From assembly GCF_004353825.1 (NCBI RefSeq), contig NZ_SMNA01000001.1:496001-560000 (forward strand): a DNA stretch of 64,000 nt. Direction: 5' to 3'. This stretch comes from Occultella glacieicola (GTDB lineage: Bacteria; Actinomycetota; Actinomycetes; Actinomycetales; Beutenbergiaceae). Positions 9,516-17,538 of this stretch are shown here, one piece after another; the first letter of the stretch is position 1; each line of letters opens with the position of its first letter. The notes under the pieces were generated by a model. It saw nothing but the letters and a program-made list of their open reading frames with translations, was not told the origin of the DNA and did not search any database. A program made the translations under genes and the position numbers.

Positions 9516-9889
9516 GCGTTCGGTTCCCACCGGCCTTCCCGGACGTACGTCGCGCCCGGGCGGACCTCGACCCCGCCCCACGCGAGGGCGGGCGCCTGCT
9601 TCGCCCAGTCGAGGGCGGCGTCGAGATCGGGCACGTCGACGACGAACGTCCCGCCCAGCTGGTCCTTGGTGTCGGCGTACGGGCCGTCCTGGACCCGCAG
9701 CTCACCGTCGACCGTGGTCAGGGTGGTGGTGCTGGTGGAGGGCTGGAGCACCTCGCCGGAGAGCAGGACGCCCGCCTGATGCAGCGCCTTCGCGTAGGCA
9801 CTGAAGGCTCGTTCACCCTCCGCCCAGGCCTCCTCGCCGAGCGTCTCGGTGCTCTGCTCGGGGTAGTGCAGCATGATCGTGTACCGCAT
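9512..9889 (-). CDS. YciI/DGPF family protein
   Basis: DGPYADTKDQLGG motif; VEVRP. Confidence 0.9.
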   Translation of the reverse strand: MRYTIMLHYPEQSTETLGEEAWAEGERAFSAYAKALHQAGVLLSGEVLQPSTSTTTLTTVDGELRVQDGPYADTKDQLGGTFVVDVPDLDAALDWAKQAPALAWGGVEVRPGATYVREGRWEPNA

Positions 9890-9933
9890 GGCTCTCATAC
9901 TCCTCGTTCGTCATCGGGTGCGTACAGGGTGAT

Positions 9934-9960
9934 GACGATGACGCCGTCGCCGAATGGACA
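9934..9960 (-). promoter_or_regulatory. ECF42-type promoter
   Basis: Minus strand TGTCCA-N17-CGTC upstream of the YciI gene. Confidence 0.65.
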
Positions 9961-9968
9961 CCGGAACG

Positions 9969-10008
9969 CCGATGGGGTCCCGAGCCGCGTGGCTCGGGAC
10001 CCCATCGG
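9969..10008 (-). terminator. Perfect 18-bp hairpin downstream of the DUF1540 gene
   Basis: CCGATGGGGTCCCGAGCC-GCGT-GGCTCGGGACCCCATCGG. Confidence 0.75.
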
Positions 10009-10019
10009 GTGAGGTTCGG

Positions 10020-10319
10020 TCAGGCGCGCGGTTCGAACGTGAGACAGTCGGCCAGGTCCGTGCCGGCGCCGATCCGGACGGCGGGTGCGCTGCACTCGAG
10101 GTCGACATTGTGCACGCAGTCCACGCGCTGGCAGGCGCCGACCGCGGCAAGCACCGTGGACAGCCCACCCTTCGTGGTGAGCGGGATGAAGGTGGCACAC
10201 TGCGCGTCGACGCCGGTGCCACCGATCGTCACGGCCGCGGCGTGGCAGCCGTCGTGGTTGTAGGAGCAGCCGGCCACCGTGCACTCGGTGACGGAGGGGA
10301 GATCGGCGAGCGAGGTCAT
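10020..10319 (-). CDS. DUF1540 domain Cys-rich protein
   Basis: Two C-x4-C-x2-N...C.A..V.I...C.TF repeats; GGAGG RBS. Confidence 0.85.
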   Translation of the reverse strand: MTSLADLPSVTECTVAGCSYNHDGCHAAAVTIGGTGVDAQCATFIPLTTKGGLSTVLAAVGACQRVDCVHNVDLECSAPAVRIGAGTDLADCLTFEPRA

Positions 10320-10392
10320 GATGTCCTCCGTGTGGCGTAGGTCGAGGTAGGAATAGGCACACGGTAATCCTGAAATGCCGATGTGTATAGCA

Positions 10393-10406
10393 AGGCAGTA
10401 CTGCCT
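10393..10406. promoter_or_regulatory. Palindrome, candidate operator upstream of the DUF1540 gene
   Basis: AGGCAGTACTGCCT in a relatively AT-rich intergenic region. Confidence 0.4.
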
Positions 10407-10488
10407 AACCGGATTCTCCGGAATAACGCGACGCGCGCAATGCGAAAGTAGTTCGTCAATAACGTGACGGCCGGAATGCGTTAATCAT

Positions 10489-11184
10489 TCAACCGTAGGA
10501 TTCGGCGGTCGGGCTCACGTCCTGGGTCATGATCGAGGCGCGGATCCGCTGTCGCACTGCGGCGTCGTGGACGGCGGGTTCGCCGCGACCGCCGGGGGTG
10601 TCCTCGAGCGGGCCCGCGGTGAGGATGCGGCGCATTCCGGTGCGCAGAACCCGCTGGTCGATGGCGCGGCTGCCGCCAAGGGAGAGCAGTGCCGCCCCCT
10701 GATCCAGCGCGGCAAGCAGCGCACCGAGCTCCGCGGTCGGCAGCACGTCGTCCGCACTCCCGGACTGCGTGGCCACGGCGCCGTAGCCGTCGACCAGGAG
10801 GTCCATCCGCTTGCCCATCTCCGCACTGAGTCGCGAGTCCCGAGCAGCGGTCGCGATGAACTCCAGGGTCGCCAGCGCGAATCCCTCGATCGCCGCCGAG
10901 AGGCCCTCGCCGTGTTCCGCTTCGATCGGGTCGTCCGTGGTGATGTTCCAACCGCCGTCCGCGAACGCAATCTCGACGTTCGCGTCGATCACCGCGAGGA
11001 ACAGGTCGGCCTTGCCGTCGAAGTTGGAATAGACGGCTCCCTTGGAGAAGCCCGCCTCGCGTGCGATCGCTTCCAGGTTCGCGGCGTGATAGCCATGTTC
11101 GGCGAACGCCTGCCGTGCGGCGACCACGAGCGCGTCGCGGGTCTGCTGCTGCTGTTCCCGGCGGGAGCGGGGGAGGGAGGCCAT
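10489..11184 (-). CDS. TetR/AcrR family regulator
   Basis: AFAEHGY..ANLEAIAREAGFSKGAVYSNF HTH; leaderless TACGAT-N6-ATG. Confidence 0.92.
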   Translation of the reverse strand: MASLPRSRREQQQQTRDALVVAARQAFAEHGYHAANLEAIAREAGFSKGAVYSNFDGKADLFLAVIDANVEIAFADGGWNITTDDPIEAEHGEGLSAAIEGFALATLEFIATAARDSRLSAEMGKRMDLLVDGYGAVATQSGSADDVLPTAELGALLAALDQGAALLSLGGSRAIDQRVLRTGMRRILTAGPLEDTPGGRGEPAVHDAAVRQRIRASIMTQDVSPTAESYG

Positions 11185-11211
11185 CACGTCATCGTAGGTC
11201 GAACCCGAGCA

Positions 11212-11263
11212 TTGACGTACCGGCGGTACGCGAATACCGTGAGTATTCCAATACCAACGGTAT
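11212..11263 (+). promoter_or_regulatory. Sigma-A-type promoter overlapped by three tandem palindromic operators
   Basis: TTGACG-N17-TACCGT; GTACC-N3-GGTAC, GAATAC-N5-GTATTC and ATACC-N3-GGTAT with centres 17 bp apart. Confidence 0.7.
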
Positions 11264-11275
11264 CTAAGGAGTGGC

Positions 11276-12274
11276 ATGAGCGACGACGTCCTACGCGTCG
11301 ACGGCGTCACCCGACGCTTCGGCTCGGTGGTCGCCAACGACGGTGTCTCACTTCGAGTTCGGTCCGGCACCGTGGTCGGGCTGCTCGGCCACAACGGCGC
11401 CGGCAAGACGACCCTCGTCTCCCAGGTCGTCGGTCTCCTCCGGCCCGACGACGGCTCGATCCGCGTCGGTGGCATCGACGCGGTGGCGGAACCGGCGACG
11501 GCCCGGCGGTACGTCGCCCTGCAGCCCCAGAGCCAGGCGCCCATCGACGGGCTGACCCCCCGGTCGGCCATCGAGATGGCCGGGCGGCTCCGCGGGCTGT
11601 CCACGAGGGCCGCGCGTGCCGCCGCCGAGAGTCTTGCCGAGGAACTCGACATCACCGAGTGGATCGACCGAAGGGCCCTGCCGGAGAATCGCGGCCTCTC
11701 CGGCGGGATCCGGAGGCTCACCGCCTTCGCGATGGCGATCGTCGCGCCCACGCCACTGGTGATCCTGGACGAGCCGACGAACGACATCGACGCCTCCCGC
11801 CGCCGGCTGCTCTGGCAGGCCGTGCGTGCCCGTGCCGACGCCGGCTCTGGCGTGCTGCTCGTCACCCACAACGTCGCCGAGGCGGAACGGATCGTCGACG
11901 ACCTCATCGTCCTGAACCATGGCCGGGTCGCCGCGACCGGCTCGCCCGCGCGCCTGCGCGGCGCGACCGGCACTGATCTGCGCCTCGAGCTGCAGTTCCC
12001 GCCCGATGCCGCCGACGTCGGGGCGCCCGACGGCGCAAGGGTGCCTTTCGCGGTTCGCCGCACGGTCCGCGTGGGCCGCCGGGTGCTGCACACCATCGGG
12101 ACCGAGGAGGCCGCGGCCGCCGTCACCTGGGCGGCGGCGCTCCGCGAGCGTGGTCGCGTGGACGGCTACGCCGTCGGACCGGTCACGCTTGAGGATGCCT
12201 ACCTCTCGCTGACCGCCGTCGAGGACGACACCGTGCCGGCCCCGGCCGGGACCGAGGCGGCCGCCCATGTCTGA
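11276..12274 (+). CDS. ABC-2 type (DrrA-like) exporter ATP-binding protein
   Basis: GHNGAGKT, LSGG, ILDEPT, VTH; AAGGAG RBS. Confidence 0.92.
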   Translation: MSDDVLRVDGVTRRFGSVVANDGVSLRVRSGTVVGLLGHNGAGKTTLVSQVVGLLRPDDGSIRVGGIDAVAEPATARRYVALQPQSQAPIDGLTPRSAIEMAGRLRGLSTRAARAAAESLAEELDITEWIDRRALPENRGLSGGIRRLTAFAMAIVAPTPLVILDEPTNDIDASRRRLLWQAVRARADAGSGVLLVTHNVAEAERIVDDLIVLNHGRVAATGSPARLRGATGTDLRLELQFPPDAADVGAPDGARVPFAVRRTVRVGRRVLHTIGTEEAAAAVTWAAALRERGRVDGYAVGPVTLEDAYLSLTAVEDDTVPAPAGTEAAAHV

Positions 12275-13058
12275 CCTCGCGACTGCCGGCCGCCTCGAGC
12301 CCCGCCGGTCACCGATCCAGGTCGGGCTCTCTACGACCTACGTCACGCTGCTGCGCTGGACGTTCGCCGGCATCGGCGCGATGCTCCCGCTCATCGTCGT
12401 GGTCCAGGCGATGCTCGCGGCCGGGATCATCATCGGGTTCGGGTTCATCATCCCGAACATCGACGCGGCGACTGCGCTCTACCTGTCCACCGGCACTCCG
12501 ACCGTCCTGCTGCTCACCATCGGGTTCGTGATGGTGCCGCAGGGGGTCTCCCGGTCCCGCACCGACGGCACGTTCAGCTACATGAGAGGCCTGCCGATCG
12601 CGCGGCCGCTGCTGCTGGCGGCCGACCTGACCGTGTGGTTGATCATCGGGCTGCCGAGCGTCGCTGTCGGGGTCATGGTCGCGCAATTGCGCTATGGCAT
12701 CGCGCTCTCGGTCGACTGGCCGATCCTGGTCGTGGCGACGCTGCTCGCGACGTTGATGGCAACGGCGGTGGGCTATGCCATCGCGGTGAGCCTGCCACCG
12801 TTGCTCGCGCAACTGTCCACGCAGGTGCTCGTGTTCTTCGTGTTGCTGTTCTCGCCGATCACCTTCCGGGTCGAACAGCTGCCGGATTGGTTCCAGACCG
12901 TCCACGACGTGCTGCCGGTCCGGGCCGCGGCCGATCTGATCCGGGCGGGCCTGGCCTCGGACGTGTTCGAGGCGAGCCTGCGGGACCTGGCAGTGCTGAC
13001 GGTGTGGTGCGCGGCCGGCGTGGCGGTCTCGGTTCGGGCGCTGGTGCGCCGGCCGTGA
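12267..13058 (+). CDS. ABC-2 type permease
   Basis: About 6 TM segments; LFSPI.F....LP.W; overlaps the ATPase gene. Confidence 0.88.
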   Translation: MSDLATAGRLEPRRSPIQVGLSTTYVTLLRWTFAGIGAMLPLIVVVQAMLAAGIIIGFGFIIPNIDAATALYLSTGTPTVLLLTIGFVMVPQGVSRSRTDGTFSYMRGLPIARPLLLAADLTVWLIIGLPSVAVGVMVAQLRYGIALSVDWPILVVATLLATLMATAVGYAIAVSLPPLLAQLSTQVLVFFVLLFSPITFRVEQLPDWFQTVHDVLPVRAAADLIRAGLASDVFEASLRDLAVLTVWCAAGVAVSVRALVRRP

Positions 13059-13106
13059 TGCGGTAATCGGCTGGGGTTCCCTCGTGGGAACCGGCACCAT
13101 GGGCGG

Positions 13107-13643
13107 GTGAGTGACGACGTGGCCAGGGTGCTCGTACTGATCGCCGGACCCATCGCGGCCGGGAAGTCGACCCTGGCCCGTGCCGTGGCCGACCGCCTGC
13201 GCGACCAGGGACGTTCCGTGGCCCTCGTCGACCTCGACACGGTGGCCGAGATGGCCCTCCCCACGCTGCCGGACTGGGCCTGGGCGCACGAGATCCACGC
13301 CCGGCTGGTCGGGCACTGGACGCGGGTGCCGCTCGAGGTCGTCGTGGACGAGGGCGCCTCGACCCGGGCGGAGGTGGACCAGGTGCTGGCGGGCGTGCCC
13401 GGTCCGACCGCGGTGATCACGGTGGTCCTGGTCGCCGACGTGCGGCGTTCGTGGGAGCGGGCGCAGGGCGACCCGACGCGTGGGATCAGCAAGGACCGGG
13501 GCTTCCTGGAGCGGGTCTACGCGCAGTTCGAGCGTGAGTTGCCCGCTCTCGACCATGACGTGCTCCTCGACGCCGAGTCGACCTCTCCCGAGCAGCGCCT
13601 TGCGCCGATCCTTGCGGAGGTCGAGCGCCATCTGGCCAGGTGA
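13107..13643 (+). CDS. Small P-loop kinase-like protein (AAA_33/CPT/TmrB-like fold)
   Basis: LIAGPIAAGKST Walker A; R...R lid motif; 178 aa. Confidence 0.75.
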   Translation: MSDDVARVLVLIAGPIAAGKSTLARAVADRLRDQGRSVALVDLDTVAEMALPTLPDWAWAHEIHARLVGHWTRVPLEVVVDEGASTRAEVDQVLAGVPGPTAVITVVLVADVRRSWERAQGDPTRGISKDRGFLERVYAQFERELPALDHDVLLDAESTSPEQRLAPILAEVERHLAR

Positions 13644-13675
13644 CCTCGCGCCCCGCGGGTCACGGGGCCGGGCGG

Positions 13676-14269
13676 CTAGGAGTAGGCGCGGTACCGGCCC
13701 GGCTTGCCGGACTCCTCGATCTCGAAGCGCAGCTGCAGGTCGGTACGTTCGATCAGGTCGACCTGCTGGGTGAACCCCTCACTGGTGACGATGAGATGGC
13801 CGCCGAGGCTCCAGTCCCGGGCGAGCCATGCCCGGAGCTCGTCGAGCAGCACGCGATCGGTACCGGTCTCCAGGGCCGAGCGTCGGACCCAGAAGTAGAC
13901 GGCCGTGTCGTAATCCGACCACAGGTGGTTCCCGACCGCAGTGATGCGGGCGCCGTCGAACATGCTCGCGTCGGTCGGCATCAGGTAGACGCAGCCGAGA
14001 CACTCGGTCTCGTCCGGGTTCAGCACCGTGTAGGTGAATGCCCGACGGTCGACATGGCGTTCTTCGAGGCCCTCGAGATCCTTCCGGTTGGCGGCCACGG
14101 TGAAGCCGTCCTCGGGCCAGCTCGACTGCTCCCACGTGCGCAGGTAGTCCCGGCTCTCCATCACGGCTGCGTGGTCCAGCTCGGCGTCGGTGGCCAGGAT
14201 CGGCCGGAGGAGGAACGCCGCCGTCGTCAGGCGCTCCGGGATCTCCAGTTCCGGGTCCGTGCACGGCAC
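13676..14269 (-). CDS. GNAT-fold N-acetyltransferase
   Basis: LLRP....DAELDHAAVM; FTYTVLNPDETECLGCVY; AGGAG RBS. Confidence 0.8.
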   Translation of the reverse strand: MPCTDPELEIPERLTTAAFLLRPILATDAELDHAAVMESRDYLRTWEQSSWPEDGFTVAANRKDLEGLEERHVDRRAFTYTVLNPDETECLGCVYLMPTDASMFDGARITAVGNHLWSDYDTAVYFWVRRSALETGTDRVLLDELRAWLARDWSLGGHLIVTSEGFTQQVDLIERTDLQLRFEIEESGKPGRYRAYS

Positions 14270-14397
14270 GATCTGGCTCCTGGGTGGCTCGGCGGTGAAG
14301 GCGTGGCTCGGTTGCCGTTCTAGCAGTCGGCCCTCGACGCTGTCGCTCGAATTTGCCGGCCGGCGTGGTCGGCGCCTTCGCCTGGGAGGATTCGGAC

Positions 14398-14916
14398 ATG
14401 GACATCACGGTGGCGGTCCGCCCAGCCCGGCTCGAGGACGTCGGGGCCATGGCACGGGTGATCGTCCGCTCGTGGCAGGAGACCTATCGCGGTCTGATGG
14501 CAGACGGCGTACTCGACGATCCCGGACAGGTTGCCTTTCGCGAGCGGTTCTGGACGGCTGCCCTGGTCGACGAGCGCTACCGCGCGAACCGGGTCGCCGT
14601 GGCGGTCCGGGACGGCGCCGTGATCGGGGTCGCGATGGCGGGCCCGCCGGCCGCTGCCGAACCCGGCTGGAACCTGCACCTCTACGTGCTCTACGTGCTC
14701 GCCGAGCATCACGGATCCGGCGCCGGCGCGGCGCTGCTGGACGCCGTCGTCGGCACTCGCGAACCGGCCGCGCTCTGGGTGGCGGACCCGAATCCGCGGG
14801 CGCAGGCGTTCTACCGCAAGCACGGATTCGTTGCCGACGGCGCGGTGCAGGTGGAGGACGGTGTGCGCGAGATCCGCATGGTGCGCAGTGGCGTGCCGTT
14901 CCCCGCCTCGCGCTGA
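14398..14916 (+). CDS. GNAT family N-acetyltransferase
   Basis: LYVLAEHHGSGAG; NPRAQAFYRKHGF; GGGAGGA RBS. Confidence 0.9.
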   Translation: MDITVAVRPARLEDVGAMARVIVRSWQETYRGLMADGVLDDPGQVAFRERFWTAALVDERYRANRVAVAVRDGAVIGVAMAGPPAAAEPGWNLHLYVLYVLAEHHGSGAGAALLDAVVGTREPAALWVADPNPRAQAFYRKHGFVADGAVQVEDGVREIRMVRSGVPFPASR

Positions 14917-14940
14917 CCCCGGCCGGAGTAGAGTCCGGTC

Positions 14941-15143
14941 CCCTGAGCCATGAATCGGAACTGCTCGATCGTGCGCTGCGCCGGCGTGATCCGCCAGTTC
15001 GCACGCGCCCGACCGGGCCCGGCGTTCCACATCCGGTGCGGAGTTCGCGGCGTGATCGTGAGCTTCTGCCCCACTCCGAGGACGCGGGGTTCGGCCCGGC
15101 CGAGCTCGACCGTGAGTTCGCCCTCCAGCACCTCGGACTCCTC
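14941..15143 (-). pseudogene. Cupin-domain remnant
   Basis: EE.EVLEGELTV...LG.G..LTI.P.TPHRMWNAG...AR.NW..TPA; no upstream HxH motif, and the frame runs into the opposing GNAT. Confidence 0.55.
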
Positions 15144-15258
15144 CCTCCGTGGCGGACCGATACCGTCGGACCAGCGGGACCCGACATCGCACATGGTCCA
15201 CCACGACGTCTCGGCCGTCGACAGTCGCGACCGCGGGCCGACGCCCCATCCACTGCAC

Positions 15259-15783
15259 TCAGGAGGCGAGAGTTCGCTCGCGGTGCCGTCGAACGGCCGC
15301 GCGGTTGGCGCATCGCACGGAGCAGTAGCGCTGCCGCCCGTTGCGGGTGATGTCGACCACGACCGCGGTGCAGGGCTCCGACGCGCACCGGCCGAGCCTG
15401 TGCATCCCCCGCGTGACGAGGTGCAGGGAGGTCCCCACGCTGATCACGGCGCGCAGCACCGACGGGAGGGACTGGGGGTCGTCCCGATAGTGCAGGTGCC
15501 ATCCCTCGTCGTCGTGATCCGTCAGCCGCGGATAGGCCGCGGCCGCGGCCATCTCCGCGTTCAGCAGCACCGCACGCCGATCCGGATCGGCGGCATCGAC
15601 GACGCGGAGCCAGTCGTCGATGACCTGACGCACGGCCTTGTGGTCATCCGACGCCGTGGGAAATGCCATCGTCATGCCGAACTCTCGAGTCCTCGCCTCG
15701 ATCCCCGCGCGGTCGGCGGGCCAGGCGTTGGCGAGGGAGGCCGCGAGCAGGACCGCATACTCACCGTAAGGGTTGAGATGCAT
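15259..15783 (-). CDS. CGNR zinc-finger/ABATE domain protein
   Basis: RLGRCASEPC...D.TRNGRQRYCSVRCANR. Confidence 0.9.
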   Translation of the reverse strand: MHLNPYGEYAVLLAASLANAWPADRAGIEARTREFGMTMAFPTASDDHKAVRQVIDDWLRVVDAADPDRRAVLLNAEMAAAAAYPRLTDHDDEGWHLHYRDDPQSLPSVLRAVISVGTSLHLVTRGMHRLGRCASEPCTAVVVDITRNGRQRYCSVRCANRAAVRRHRERTLAS

Positions 15784-15809
15784 AAGACCATTACAGCATG
15801 GTGGACCCC

Positions 15810-16019
15810 ATGACCACCAGCCACGTCCGACTCCCATCGCACGTGCGGGCCGAGCGCTCGCCGCACGAACACGCATGGTCGACCGAGTCCGGCCACCCGA
15901 CCTCGTCGGGTCACATCCTCTACGTGAGATGCGAGATCTGCGGAGTCCGCCGGGTGGATCTCCAGCAGCGCTACGACACGCCGCCCGCACCGCTCAGCAA
16001 ACTGCTCGTCAGCCGCTGA
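15810..16019 (+). CDS. Small His/Cys protein (possible zinc ribbon)
   Basis: HEHAW.TESGH.TS.G.ILYVRCEICG.RRVDL; divergent from the CGNR gene with 26 bp between starts. Confidence 0.6.
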   Translation: MTTSHVRLPSHVRAERSPHEHAWSTESGHPTSSGHILYVRCEICGVRRVDLQQRYDTPPAPLSKLLVSR

Positions 16020-17106
16020 TGAGCCACTCTGCGTAGAAGATCCCGAGTCCGGTCGCTACGCACAGTCCGCAGATGATCCAGAAGCGGATCGTGACGGTGA
16101 TCTGTTCCCAGCCGAGCAGTTCGAAGTGATGGTGGATCGGTGTCATCCGGAAGAGTCGCTTGCCTACGCCGCCATTGCGGCGCTTGGTGAGCTTGAAGTA
16201 GCTCACCTGAAGCATCACGGCGGTCGTCTGGATGACGAACAGTCCGCCGAGGATCACGAGGAGCAGTTCGGTGCGGGTCATGATGGCCAACCCGGCCAGT
16301 GCGGCGCCGAGGCCGAGAGCGCCGGTGTCACCCATGAACAGACGCGCCGGCGAGGCGTTCCACCACAGGAAACCGAAGCAGACGCCCGTGACGCATGCGG
16401 CTACGACGGCGAGATCGAGCGGGTCGCGGACCTCATAGCACTGGGCCGACGGGTCCAGTCGACAGCTCTGGTTGTACTGCCAGACCCCGATCAGCACGTA
16501 CGCGCCGAACACCATGGCCGAGGCGCCGGCCGCCAGGCCATCGAGTCCGTCCGTGAGGTTCACGCCGTTGCTCGCTCCGGCGATCATGAGGTTGGCCCAG
16601 ACGACGAACAGGGCCAGGCCGATGAGCGGACCGAAGTGTGCCAGATCGACCGCAGTGTCGCGGACGAAGGAGATGTTGTAGCTGGCGGGCGTGACGCCGT
16701 CACGCGCGAACGTGGAGGCCAGGATGGCGAAGATGACCGCGACGACCGTCTGTCCGACCAGCTTCTGCCACGACCGAAGCCCGAGCGAACGTTCGCGCCT
16801 GATCTTGGTCCAGTCGTCCAGGAACCCGACGAATCCGATACCGACCATCAGGAACAGGACGAGAAGACCTGAGGCCGTTGGCGGCGTCCACGTGAAGAGG
16901 TGCGCCGCCGCGTAGCTGATGAGAGCGCCACCGATGATGACGAGGCCGCCCATCTGAGGGGTGCCGCGTTTGGTGAGGTGGCTGGTCGGCCCGTCCTCGC
17001 GGATGAACTGGGCCCATCCCCGGCGGGTTGCGAGGGTGATGTAGAAGCGGGTGCCGAGCAGCCCGATCAAGAACGCCACGAGGGCGCCGATCACGACCAG
17101 CCTCAC
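16009..17106 (-). CDS. mraY: Phospho-N-acetylmuramoyl-pentapeptide transferase
   Basis: QFIREDGP.SH..KRGTP.MGG, GFLDDWTK, SNGVNLTDGLDGL, FMGDTG, PIHHHFE; GTG start inferred. Confidence 0.95.
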   Translation of the reverse strand: MRLVVIGALVAFLIGLLGTRFYITLATRRGWAQFIREDGPTSHLTKRGTPQMGGLVIIGGALISYAAAHLFTWTPPTASGLLVLFLMVGIGFVGFLDDWTKIRRERSLGLRSWQKLVGQTVVAVIFAILASTFARDGVTPASYNISFVRDTAVDLAHFGPLIGLALFVVWANLMIAGASNGVNLTDGLDGLAAGASAMVFGAYVLIGVWQYNQSCRLDPSAQCYEVRDPLDLAVVAACVTGVCFGFLWWNASPARLFMGDTGALGLGAALAGLAIMTRTELLLVILGGLFVIQTTAVMLQVSYFKLTKRRNGGVGKRLFRMTPIHHHFELLGWEQITVTIRFWIICGLCVATGLGIFYAEWLISG

Positions 17107-17408
17107 GGGCGGAGCCCCCGGCAGGTCATCGACCTGTTCGTGAGGTGGTTCCGCTGGTCCCAGCGCATCGTTCCTCGGTCCCCTTGCTGTTCCTCGCGCC
17201 GTCGCGCTCCCGACGTCCGCAAGCAAGGGTAGGCGACGACGCGTTCCGATCCGGCGCAGACACACGGAACCCGACCCGACGTCAGGAGGGCTCTCGCCAG
17301 GCTCGGCGGGTACCTCCGGGGGCGCTGCACCAGCTCTGGTCGGGGGCGCCGTCTCGTCGGCAGCGGCGGTCACGTCTCCCGGACGGGAATACTCCACCGA
17401 CCACCATA

Positions 17409-17429
17409 GTTGAGCCAAGCAGACTCAAG
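17409..17429. promoter_or_regulatory. HAIR (HspR operator), imperfect
   Basis: GTTGAGC-N7-ACTCAAG versus consensus CTTGAGT-N7-ACTCAAG. Confidence 0.85.
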
Positions 17430-17444
17430 TTCTGATGTCTTGGT

Positions 17445-17473
17445 TTGACATCGTCAGGTCAGCGAGGAAACTT
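17445..17473 (+). promoter_or_regulatory. Probable dnaK promoter
   Basis: TTGACA -35 at 17445; weak -10 (GAAACT/AAACTT) overlapping the second HAIR. Confidence 0.55.
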
Positions 17474-17491
17474 GAGTGCGGAAGACTCAAG
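17471..17491. promoter_or_regulatory. HAIR (HspR operator), perfect
   Basis: CTTGAGT-GCGGAAG-ACTCAAG. Confidence 0.95.
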
Positions 17492-17538
17492 CAGATGCGG
17501 TCGTACCCACCGGGGCGGCCCGGAAGGAGCACACGAAC

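Noticed and set aside
17107..17418. 104-aa N-terminal extension of MraY suggested by the ORF track
   Set aside because: The sequence is low-complexity and not MraY-like; homology begins at the GTG at 17106 and the extension would start inside the HAIR site.
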